Source: a virus
Taxonomy: Duplodnaviria; Heunggongvirae; Uroviricota; Caudoviricetes
Length of the DNA: 32,846 bases
IMG/VR virus record: IMGVR_UViG_2660238446_000011
Direction: 5' to 3' (one strand)
How positions within the stretch are numbered: the first letter of the stretch is position 1; each line of letters begins with the position of its first letter. The notes under the pieces were generated by a model. The model had not been told where the DNA came from, searched no databases, and saw only the letters and a list, made by a program, of their open reading frames with translations. This document shows positions 1 through 7,478 of the stretch, piece by piece. Made by a program: the position numbers and the translations under genes.

Positions 1-1254
1 ATGCTGGAACAAATGGGCATTGCTGCGAAGCAAGCCTCGTATAAATTAGCGCAACTCTCCAGCCGCGAAAAAAATCGCGTGCTGGAAAAAATCGCCGATG
101 AACTGGAAGCACAAAGCGAAATCATCCTCAACGCTAACGCCCAGGATGTTGCTGACGCGCGAGCCAATGGCCTTAGCGAAGCGATGCTTGACCGTCTGGC
201 ACTGACGCCCGCACGGCTGAAAGGCATTGCCGACGATGTACGTCAGGTGTGCAACCTCGCCGATCCGGTGGGGCAGGTAATCGATGGCGGCGTACTGGAC
301 AGCGGCCTGCGTCTTGAGCGTCGTCGCGTACCGCTGGGGGTTATTGGCGTGATTTATGAAGCGCGCCCGAACGTGACGGTTGATGTCGCTTCGCTGTGCC
401 TGAAAACCGGTAATGCGGTGATCCTGCGCGGTGGCAAAGAAACGTGTCGCACTAACGCTGCAACGGTGGCGGTGATTCAGGACGCCCTGAAATCCTGCGG
501 CTTACCGGCGGGTGCCGTGCAGGCGATTGATAATCCTGACCGTGCGCTGGTCAGTGAAATGCTGCGTATGGATAAATACATCGACATGCTGATCCCGCGT
601 GGTGGCGCTGGTTTGCATAAACTGTGCCGTGAACAGTCGACAATCCCGGTGATCACAGGTGGTATAGGCGTATGCCATATTTACGTTGATGAAAGTGTAG
701 AGATCGCTGAAGCATTAAAAGTGATCGTCAACGCGAAAACTCAGCGTCCGAGCACATGTAATACGGTTGAAACGTTGCTGGTGAATAAAAACATCGCCGA
801 TAGCTTCCTGCCCGCATTAAGCAAACAAATGGCGGAAAGCGGCGTGACATTACACGCAGATGCAGCTGCACTGGCGCAGTTGCAGGCAGGCCCTGCGAAG
901 GTGGTTGCTGTTAAAGCCGAAGAGTATGACGATGAGTTTCTGTCATTAGATTTGAACGTCAAAATCGTCAGCGATCTTGACGATGCCATCGCCCATATTC
1001 GTGAACACGGCACACAACACTCCGATGCGATCCTGACCCGCGATATGCGCAACGCCCAGCGTTTTGTTAACGAAGTGGATTCGTCCGCTGTTTACGTTAA
1101 CGCCTCTACGCGTTTTACCGACGGCGGCCAGTTTGGTCTGGGTGCGGAAGTGGCGGTAAGCACACAAAAACTCCACGCGCGTGGCCCAATGGGGCTGGAA
1201 GCACTGACCACTTACAAGTGGATCGGCATTGGTGATTACACCATTCGTGCGTAA
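1..1254 (+). CDS. proA: gamma-glutamyl phosphate reductase (glutamate-5-semialdehyde dehydrogenase), complete 417 aa
   Basis: ORF 1..1254; translation reads as enterobacterial ProA from its N-terminus to the C-terminal ...[12 protein letters not shown] as I recall it; opposite-strand ORFs inside it are shadows. Confidence 0.95.
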
Positions 1255-1368
1255 ATAAAACCGGGTGATGCAAAAGTAGCCATTTGATTCATAAGGCCAT
1301 TGACGCATCGCCCGGTTAGTTTTAACCTTGTCCACCGTGATTCACGTTCGTGAACATGTCCTTTCAGG

Positions 1369-1444
1369 GCCGATATAGCTCAGTTGGTAGAGCAGCGCAT
1401 TCGTAATGCGAAGGTCGTAGGTTCGACTCCTATTATCGGCACCA
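1369..1444 (+). tRNA. thrW: tRNA-Thr (anticodon CGT)
   Basis: 76-nt sequence GCCGATATAGCTCAGTTGGTAGAGCAGCGCATTCGTAATGCGAAGGTCGTAGGTTCGACTCCTATTATCGGCACCA: acceptor stem pairing, D-loop AGTTGGTAG, anticodon loop with CGT, T-loop GGTTCGA, 3' CCA; lies downstream of proA as in E. coli. Confidence 0.9.
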
Positions 1445-1458
1445 TTTAAATCAATAAG

Positions 1459-2622
1459 TTACACATCATTAGTACCTTCCTTATTTTTTGACTGGGACAA
1501 ATTTGGGACCGATGGGTTCAGGATCGAGTCTATTTGCCGTGCGTGTTCGGTAAGGTGATTAGGTGCAAGGTGAGCATATCGACGAACCATTTCGATAGAC
1601 TCCCAGCCTCCCATTTCCTGTAACACTGACAACGGGACTCCGGCTTGAACCAGCCAACTTGCCCAAGTGTGTCTCAAGTCGTGAAATCTGAAATCATCAA
1701 TACCAGCCCGTCTCAGCGCTGCTTTCCAGGCTGTGTTTGCGTCATACCGCATCTTCCTTACTGTTGGCGCTTTCGTTCCGTCTGGTTTGGTACAGCTTTC
1801 CTTGTACACAAATACCCAACGGTGATGATTCCCGATTTGTTTTTTCAAAACGCGACATGCAGTATCATTCAGCGCAACGCCGATTGCGCGGTTTGATTTA
1901 CTCTCTTCCGGGTTTATCCATGCCACCCGGCGCTGCATATCTATTTGTTGCCATTCAAGGTTGATGATGTTCGAGCGTCTTAAGCCTGTTGCCAGTGCAA
2001 ATTCAACAACAGACTTTAATGGCTCCGGACATTCATCAATCAGCCTTTGTGCTTCATGGGGCTCCAGCCAGCGGATCCGTTTATTCTTTGGTTGAGGCAC
2101 TTTAATAATTGGTGCCTTATCCAGCATTTTCCATTCACGCTCTGCGGCTCTTAGTAGGGCCTTTATAAATGAAAGATGCGTAGCCTTCGTTGCAACGGAC
2201 GCTGGTTTTGGCGTGTATTCTGGAACAGGTTTCCCTTTTTTTCTGCATGCTTCTGCCCTGAGTTTCCAGTTTTCCTCATGACGCCGGTTCGTCATTTTCT
2301 GCATTGCTGAATAAATTTTTGATTCAGTAATGTCTCTTAGTTGCATTCCTGCGAAATGTTGAAGCCAGAATCCGATCCGGCTTTTGTCATCGTCCAGTGA
2401 TTTTTTATGTGCTTTCTCTTCAAGCCACCTGACACACGCTTCCTCGAACGTTATATCAGGTATTTCACCAAGTTTGCTGACCCGCCATGCTTCAGCCTTT
2501 AGCTTGTCATGGAGTTCTGTCGCCTGCCTTTTGTCCTTTGTTCCAAGAGACTGTTTAAATCTTTTACCGTTCGGCAATGTGAAACTGGCGTACCATATTT
2601 CACCTCTGCGGAAGAGTGACAT
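1459..2622 (-). CDS. int: tyrosine site-specific integrase, P22 Int-like (387 aa)
   Basis: ORF translation [22 protein letters not shown]... with C-terminal R..HxxR..Y-type region ([17 protein letters not shown]...VRRYAHL); closely resembles P22 integrase as recalled; adjacent to the thrW 3' end, the P22 attachment tRNA. Confidence 0.93.
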   Translation of the reverse strand: MSLFRRGEIWYASFTLPNGKRFKQSLGTKDKRQATELHDKLKAEAWRVSKLGEIPDITFEEACVRWLEEKAHKKSLDDDKSRIGFWLQHFAGMQLRDITESKIYSAMQKMTNRRHEENWKLRAEACRKKGKPVPEYTPKPASVATKATHLSFIKALLRAAEREWKMLDKAPIIKVPQPKNKRIRWLEPHEAQRLIDECPEPLKSVVEFALATGLRRSNIINLEWQQIDMQRRVAWINPEESKSNRAIGVALNDTACRVLKKQIGNHHRWVFVYKESCTKPDGTKAPTVRKMRYDANTAWKAALRRAGIDDFRFHDLRHTWASWLVQAGVPLSVLQEMGGWESIEMVRRYAHLAPNHLTEHARQIDSILNPSVPNLSQSKNKEGTNDV

Positions 2623-2849
2623 TTTCTTTCCTCTGTTATGCCATCACCCGCGCTCACCTGGACAGTATGCAGCGGAGACTGAAGAGCCGCAATGCAGGCT
2701 TGTCGTGTTGTGAGGTAAGGAGATTTATTCTTAGTGGGATCTTTGCGTGTTGCCTGAAGACGCCCTGTGCGTATCCAGTTAATGGCAGTCGGTCTGGATA
2801 TCTTGAGAAAATGACAGGCCTCATCGAGTGTGAGGCTGTATGGCTCCAT
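2499..2849 (-). CDS. xis: excisionase, P22 Xis-like (116 aa from internal start [11 protein letters not shown]...)
   Basis: ORF 2499..2933 contains [37 protein letters not shown]... resembling P22 Xis; start at Met29 of the track ORF gives the expected 116 aa and a 1-nt stop/start overlap with the upstream gene; 3' end overlaps int. Confidence 0.8.
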   Translation of the reverse strand: MEPYSLTLDEACHFLKISRPTAINWIRTGRLQATRKDPTKNKSPYLTTRQACIAALQSPLHTVQVSAGDGITEERKCHSSAEVKYGTPVSHCRTVKDLNSLLEQRTKGRRQNSMTS

Positions 2850-3154
2850 TATTTCACCTCTTGCTGTGACATTGTTGAAAAATGGATACCAGCTCGTTGC
2901 TGCCAGACGATCCAACCGAGAGTCATATCCCATTCCATGTATTCGTTATCGCCGTTTTTTGCTCTCCGACGATCTACTAAGTCACCGAAACGCTTTTCCA
3001 TGAATAATTCATAAGCTTCGCGTTCATCTGGTTCTACTTCCAGAGATAGGAGTGCGATTTCATAAGCACGGCGCTCAATATCGTCTCGCACGTCAAGACT
3101 GCTGATACGCTCTTTAATTTCTTTAATCAGTTCTTTGTCGGTAAAAGTGGTCAT
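2849..3154 (-). CDS. hypothetical early-left protein (101 aa, acidic)
   Basis: ORF in operon orientation with xis/int, tightly packed with neighbours; no family recognised. Confidence 0.5.
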   Translation of the reverse strand: MTTFTDKELIKEIKERISSLDVRDDIERRAYEIALLSLEVEPDEREAYELFMEKRFGDLVDRRRAKNGDNEYMEWDMTLGWIVWQQRAGIHFSTMSQQEVK

Positions 3155-3516
3155 TATGCTCCAGCCTCCGGTGCTTTTGGCATTACTGCCCAGTGAGTGA
3201 TATTGACGTTTTCAAGGTCCCCGACCTGAAATGTCCACTGCCATTCTCCGGTTTCTTTTTGTCCCCAGGTGTACCAGAGAGAACGCCAGCCAATTAGCCA
3301 GCCTTCTCCTTTAGCATCGAATAACAAAACACTTTCATTTGCTGGTGGCAGTTCAGTTGGCATTGGTATTACTTTGTTTTCCTGTGCTGCACATTTAGCT
3401 TCAAGCGCATCGAATTTACGCACCAGGTATTCAGCATCTGTTTCATTTACTTTCAGATCTCGCGGTACACATCTCCCACGAAGAAACCCTTCCATTTCGA
3501 AAACATTCATGCGCAT
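3154..3516 (-). CDS. hypothetical phage early protein (120 aa), possibly DUF551-like
   Basis: ORF packed with overlapping start/stop between flanking genes; Trp-rich C-terminal region (WLIGWRSLWYTWGQKETGEWQW) reminiscent of DUF551 phage proteins; weak. Confidence 0.5.
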   Translation of the reverse strand: MRMNVFEMEGFLRGRCVPRDLKVNETDAEYLVRKFDALEAKCAAQENKVIPMPTELPPANESVLLFDAKGEGWLIGWRSLWYTWGQKETGEWQWTFQVGDLENVNITHWAVMPKAPEAGA

Positions 3517-4043
3517 TTGCGTAACTCCGATAACTCGTTAAAGCGTTCCATAAACATCCCGTAGGCATGGCCCGGTGCCAGTGGAATCACGTTGAACATC
3601 TCTGTTGCCGGGATACCTTCCAGTACAGGCCAGAAAGAGCCATCATCAAGCCCGAGATCGCGGCGTTCGGTTGCCAGCATGATGAGATCGGCATATTTCA
3701 CGGGCGTACTCATAACTGGGGGTAACCCGTATTTCTCACGGATTACGGCGTCTATTTTTTCTTCCATTTGTTTATAGTCAGGAAGAAGGCGTTTCAGTGG
3801 TGCGGGAATGTCCTGGCAATACGCTTCTGTTGCATCATGCATTAACGCTTCAAAAGCAAATTCCTGCGGCACCAGCTGGCTGCAAAGAACCGCATGTTGG
3901 GCGACGCTGTAGAAGTGCGAAAGATGACCGGCAAAGCGACAGATATTTGAAAGGGAAACCGCGATATCGTTAATATCGATGTCGTCTTTATTTATCCTGT
4001 CATAATAAAAATGCTTCCCGGAAAAAGTTTTAATAAATGACAT
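3507..4043 (-). CDS. HD-domain phosphohydrolase-like protein (YfdR-like), start at MSFIKTF
   Basis: Translation has H...HD...D metal-ligand pattern (CRFAGHLSHFYSVAQHAVL...LMHDATEAY) and resembles E. coli prophage protein YfdR as recalled. Confidence 0.7.
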   Translation of the reverse strand: MSFIKTFSGKHFYYDRINKDDIDINDIAVSLSNICRFAGHLSHFYSVAQHAVLCSQLVPQEFAFEALMHDATEAYCQDIPAPLKRLLPDYKQMEEKIDAVIREKYGLPPVMSTPVKYADLIMLATERRDLGLDDGSFWPVLEGIPATEMFNVIPLAPGHAYGMFMERFNELSELRKCA

Positions 4044-4100
4044 TTTGTTCTCCACGTATATGCGCTGCACCGCGCTGAATTCGGGTAAAAGGAAGCCCTC

Positions 4101-4500
4101 ACCGTCCGGCGATTATTGAGTCAATTACATTTCCATAAATGCCCCCGTAGGGGCGGTTAGTTTCTCCACAAAACAGAGAAGAACACCTGCGGTGGCAGCC
4201 GCCCGGATGGATTGGGTTATGAGCCCGTCGTCCGGTGATGCTCTTCTCTGTTTTGTAAAAAGGACGGTACCAGCCGGAAGCAAGGGTACAAGCTGGTACC
4301 GCCAAGACTACACACAGCATAAAGTTGTGGTGCCGGGCGCCTCCCGGTGCCTGGCGAAGGTTGCACACCAGGCGGGTGGGTATCCACAGAAGGTCGACTG
4401 TCAGCCTCAACCTTTACCCGCGTGCGCTGAGCCGCATTCACCACAACGCTAAGAATTCTCTCTGGTTGAAAATACTTAGCTGTTATGTGCCTGCTTTTAG
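4101..4500. ncRNA. GC-rich non-coding structured segment (candidate structured RNA or DNA structural site); strand undetermined
   Basis: No credible ORF (only short overlapping junk ORFs on both strands); hairpin GCCCCcgtaGGGGC 4141..4154; 15-bp perfect inverted repeat ACAAAACAGAGAAGA (4168..4182) / TCTTCTCTGTTTTGT (4242..4256) around a 59-nt GC-rich loop; hairpin GGTACCAGC(4266..4274)/GCTGGTACC(4292..4300). Confidence 0.35.
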
Positions 4501-4520
4501 CCACATCAGGCGAGGTGGAC

Positions 4521-4572
4521 CTGGTTATTCCCCAACAACAAGGATTCGGTTAATCTGGTTATCCCCAACAAC
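4521..4572 (+). repeat. tandem direct repeats CTGGTTAT(T)CCCCAACAAC x2 immediately upstream of the 4588 start codon
   Basis: Copies at 4521..4539 and 4555..4572 seen in sequence; possible regulator-binding or leader element. Confidence 0.6.
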
Positions 4573-4587
4573 GCAAAAGGAAAAGAA

Positions 4588-5022
4588 ATGTCCGGTAATA
4601 TCTATACGCTGTACAAATCCCACTGTGAAAATGTTGGAAAGTATCGGGGCATTGAAATCAGTGGGGTAGTGTCATCAGTCGAAATAAGCAAAGTTGAATC
4701 AAGGGCAACATTACTTACTCTTTTGGACCTTGTCTTACATGAGCACCGGAAGAAATTCGGCACTCCCTATAATCAGTTGAATGGGAAAAAGGCTCTGGTT
4801 CACCTTATTCTGATGAAGCATCACTGGATGCCAAAACAGATTAATGAGATGAAATTTGATGAACTTCTTCTTTCAATTCAGGATGAACTCACACTTGATA
4901 AAATAAGCGTAACCGCCCAGAAATTTTTAGATTATCGAGACTGGAGATCACAAATTCATCACTTTGATGATTTTGACGAAAATGAATGGGATCCTAATTT
5001 GTCTGCACAATATCTAAAGTAA
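4588..5022 (+). CDS. hypothetical protein (144 aa), cargo gene of unknown function
   Basis: ORF with purine-rich stretch (aaaaggaaaag) before the ATG; appears AT-rich relative to flanks by eye (not computed); opposite strand to the surrounding early-left operon; no family recognised. Confidence 0.6.
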   Translation: MSGNIYTLYKSHCENVGKYRGIEISGVVSSVEISKVESRATLLTLLDLVLHEHRKKFGTPYNQLNGKKALVHLILMKHHWMPKQINEMKFDELLLSIQDELTLDKISVTAQKFLDYRDWRSQIHHFDDFDENEWDPNLSAQYLK

Positions 5023-5200
5023 CATCCTGTGATAAAACCGTGATTTCCTGATCCAGTTTTTTTAAGGAGTCTATTGTTTCCTGTCGATAAGACAGCACTT
5101 CACGAAGCTGGTTTATAGCTGCCAGCTTCTTTGTCATCCACTCATAAATTTCCTCATCTGTGTAGCCAGGCGCGACGATTTTGGGTTCTGTTTTGTGCAT
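4994..5200 (-). CDS. small hypothetical protein (68 aa from MHKTEPKIVAPGY...), coiled-coil-like
   Basis: Strong GAGGAG Shine-Dalgarno 7 nt upstream of ATG at 5200; track ORF extends to a TTG at 5215; 3' end converges on and overlaps the 144-aa gene by about 29 nt. Confidence 0.5.
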   Translation of the reverse strand: MHKTEPKIVAPGYTDEEIYEWMTKKLAAINQLREVLSYRQETIDSLKKLDQEITVLSQDVTLDIVQTN

Positions 5201-5258
5201 TTCACATCTCCTCAAGTTATCAGTTACTTGTTGATGGGGACCAGATTGTTAAAGAGCT

Positions 5259-5283
5259 AAGCGTCCTGTAGGGCGCTTTTTTG
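5259..5283 (+). terminator. candidate intrinsic terminator (hairpin AGCGTCC-tgta-GGGCGCT followed by TTTTTT)
   Basis: Seen in sequence; stem has one G-U pair. Confidence 0.4.
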
Positions 5284-5448
5284 TTGCTAACGAATCATCC
5301 TGGACTTCATATGCCCCAGGCGGCTACTTCGTGGGCGTCCTGCCTGTTCGTTTTTGACATTTACTGACTGCTTACGACACATGCACCGTGTTGCAACCAG
5401 ATTTTGTTGTAATCCTGTAGTTGGTCTGGAACAAAAGATAAAATTAAA

Positions 5449-5485
5449 TTGCGAAATATGCAAGTGATGTTTGCGAAATATGCAA
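5449..5485. promoter_or_regulatory. putative OL operators: two copies of TTGCGAAATATGCAA
   Basis: Copies at 5449..5463 and 5471..5485; same TTGCG...GCAA half-site theme as the repressor/cro intergenic region. Confidence 0.45.
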
Positions 5486-5492
5486 ATTTATA

Positions 5493-5519
5493 GGTAATAA
5501 AAAGCCACCTTTCGGTGGC
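5493..5519 (-). terminator. intrinsic terminator downstream of the repressor gene (GCCACC-tttc-GGTGGC hairpin then T-run on the minus strand)
   Basis: Hairpin 5504..5519 preceded on the plus strand by AATAAAAA, i.e. followed by a U-run on the minus strand, just 3' of the repressor stop at 5540. Confidence 0.55.
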
Positions 5520-5539
5520 CGATGGATGGGATATTGAGG

Positions 5540-6232
5540 TTAATTATGTCTCTTAAGGGTTTGCGACTGACTGATTAAGACCTTTCCAAAGACCATGAAT
5601 CGGTGTTCGTTTTCGCTAGTAATTCCCCATTCACGGTAAATCTGGTTATCAGAAATCACCAGCAGTTTGTCAGGAATCATTTGAAGTCTTTTAACGTATA
5701 TTTTGTCATCAAAACCAAAGACATATATACCATCACCATCAAACTGATTGATGCTGACATCAACGAAGATGAGATCTCCTGGCTCAATGGTTGGACACAT
5801 ACTGTCCCCACGAACGTTGATAACTTTGATGTGATTGGCTGGTCGTCCGCCGAACATTGATACAGCATTATCAGTTCTGTATTCGATGGCATGAATCACA
5901 TCAATGACATCACCGCCCTGGATAAGGCCATTTCCCGCACTGGCACTGATATCCAGCATTTCAATACGGAACACATCCTTCACCTGCGCAACATCCTCAT
6001 TATTACTGTTTTTATATACAGTATTACTTTTGTGGGCAGAGGTAAAGAGATCAGCAATATCAACACCTAAGCTCTTGGCAATATTACTCAGTGTTTGTTC
6101 GGTAAATTGTTTTTGCTTACCCGTTTCTAAGCGCGAGATGTTCGCCGCATCTACTCCTATTGCTTCAGCGAGATCGGCGATTTTCATGTTCTTCGCTTGG
6201 CGAAGTTGTCTGACTCGGTTTCCTATGTTCAT
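5540..6232 (-). CDS. CI/C2-type prophage repressor (N-terminal HTH, C-terminal LexA-like S24 peptidase domain)
   Basis: N-terminus IADLAEAIGVDAANISRLETGK is an XRE-type HTH; C-terminus has a GDSM Ser motif and KRL Lys typical of self-cleaving S24 peptidases; divergent from the cro-like gene. Confidence 0.9.
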   Translation of the reverse strand: MNIGNRVRQLRQAKNMKIADLAEAIGVDAANISRLETGKQKQFTEQTLSNIAKSLGVDIADLFTSAHKSNTVYKNSNNEDVAQVKDVFRIEMLDISASAGNGLIQGGDVIDVIHAIEYRTDNAVSMFGGRPANHIKVINVRGDSMCPTIEPGDLIFVDVSINQFDGDGIYVFGFDDKIYVKRLQMIPDKLLVISDNQIYREWGITSENEHRFMVFGKVLISQSQTLKRHN

Positions 6233-6244
6233 GCGTTTATTACA

Positions 6245-6329
6245 TTTCTTTATTGCGTGATAAGCAAATCAACTTGCGCAAAATAATTGCGTGAAATAAC
6301 ATGCATAACGCGCAATATTTGGAGGACAT
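6245..6329. promoter_or_regulatory. OR operator / PR-PRM region with repeated TTGCG / CGCAA half-sites
   Basis: TTGCGTGATAAGCAA at 6253..6267 plus further TTGCG and CGCAA half-sites to about 6314, between divergent repressor and cro-like genes; GGAGG RBS before the 6330 ATG. Confidence 0.6.
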
Positions 6330-6590
6330 ATGCAATCACCATTACGAAATGTGCGTAAGGCGCATGGTTTCACTTTGCAGCATGTTGCTGCGGGTGTTCA
6401 AGTCAATCCAGCGACGTTGAGTCGTATTGAGAGGCTGGAGCAGATTCCATCTATCGAGCTTGCAGAACGTTTAGCCAATTTTTTTAAGGGTGAAGTCAGC
6501 GAAATGCAGATTCTTTATCCGGCACGTTTTCAATCTAGCCAAAACCAGAATGGGTTTAAACCACAGGAACAGGAGGTGAACCGTGGGTAA
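6330..6590 (+). CDS. Cro-like HTH regulator (86 aa)
   Basis: Small ORF divergent from the repressor with HTH segment LQHVAAGVQVNPATLSRIE. Confidence 0.75.
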   Translation: MQSPLRNVRKAHGFTLQHVAAGVQVNPATLSRIERLEQIPSIELAERLANFFKGEVSEMQILYPARFQSSQNQNGFKPQEQEVNRG

Positions 6591-7134
6591 GCATCACTGG
6601 AAAGTAGAAAAACAGCCTGAGTGGTACGTGAAAGCTGTCAGAAAAACTATCGCAGCGTTGCCGGGGGGGTACGCTGAAGCTGCTGACTGGCTGGATGTAA
6701 CAGAGAACGCATTATTTAACCGCCTTCGTGCCGATGGCGATCAGATTTTCCCGCTGGGATGGGCAATGATTTTGCAACGTGCTGGTGGAACTCACTTCAT
6801 TGCTGACGCTGTGGCGCAGTCTGCAAATGGCGTCTTTGTGTCTCTTCCTGACGTCGAGGATGTGGACAACGCCGATATTAACCAGCGCCTGCTGGAAGTC
6901 ATTGAACAGATCGGCAGTTATTCAAAACAGATTCGTTCAGCAATTGAAGACGGTGTAGTGGAACCGCATGAGAAGACAGCAATTAACGACGAGCTGTACC
7001 TCTCAATTTCGAAGCTGCAGGAGCATGCAGCACTGGTCTACAAAATTTTTTGCATTTCAGAAAGTAATGACGCCCGCGAGTGTGCAGCTCCGGGCGCCGT
7101 GGCGTGTCGTGACTGTGGAGAAACTAACGCATGA
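6583..7134 (+). CDS. putative CII-like / YdaT-type regulatory protein (183 aa)
   Basis: Position immediately after cro with overlapping stop/start; family assignment from recollection only. Confidence 0.45.
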   Translation: MGKHHWKVEKQPEWYVKAVRKTIAALPGGYAEAADWLDVTENALFNRLRADGDQIFPLGWAMILQRAGGTHFIADAVAQSANGVFVSLPDVEDVDNADINQRLLEVIEQIGSYSKQIRSAIEDGVVEPHEKTAINDELYLSISKLQEHAALVYKIFCISESNDARECAAPGAVACRDCGETNA

Positions 7135-7469
7135 ACAGTTTAACAACACACTACCGTCGCTCGCAACTGATTGCGCTTCCTGTACCGGGTGGAAAAGCGA
7201 AGGTGGAGTATTGCTATGCAGTAAATGTACCAGGTGACAGGGAAATTGTAACCCACAGCTTTGCAGAGTGGGCTGTGGGTGATTTCAACCGGCAGAAGGA
7301 GACAGTCCTTTGCGACAAGTTAACCGCTGGTTCAAAGATCACTACGGAGTGCCCGTCAGAGTCATTCGTTGGGAGCCGGAAACACAACGGGTTATCTACC
7401 TCCGCGAAGGCTATGAGCATGAGTGCTTCAGCCCGCTCGAACAGTTTCGTCGTAAATTCAGGGAAATAG
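7131..7469 (+). CDS. hypothetical protein; C-terminal half looks non-protein-like, possible frameshift or overlapping small gene
   Basis: First half [33 protein letters not shown]... looks proteinaceous; after about 7280 the frame turns low-complexity while the -1 frame encodes ...[58 protein letters not shown] ending at 7489. Confidence 0.4.
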   Translation: MNSLTTHYRRSQLIALPVPGGKAKVEYCYAVNVPGDREIVTHSFAEWAVGDFNRQKETVLCDKLTAGSKITTECPSESFVGSRKHNGLSTSAKAMSMSASARSNSFVVNSGK

Positions 7470-7478
7470 AGGTCGGTC

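Noticed and set aside
741-1335. Minus-strand ORFs of 103 and 129 aa inside and overlapping proA
   Set aside because: Lie antisense within a well-supported conserved gene; shadow ORFs.
1645-1964. Plus-strand ORFs of 83 and 75 aa inside the integrase gene
   Set aside because: Antisense to the integrase coding sequence with low-complexity translations; shadow ORFs.
4101-4500. Retron msr/msd interpretation of the inverted-repeat region
   Set aside because: No reverse transcriptase gene anywhere in the window and the flanking 144-aa protein lacks RT motifs; kept only as a generic structured-element finding.
4101-4500. Identity with tmRNA, RNase P RNA or a REP/ERIC element
   Set aside because: Does not match those sequences as far as I can recall them; cannot be confirmed without a covariance search.
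4099-4669. Four overlapping ORFs of 86 to 114 aa on both strands in the GC-rich segment
   Set aside because: Mutually overlapping in different frames, Arg/Pro/Gly-rich junk-like translations typical of GC-rich non-coding sequence, no RBS context; the region is treated as non-coding instead.
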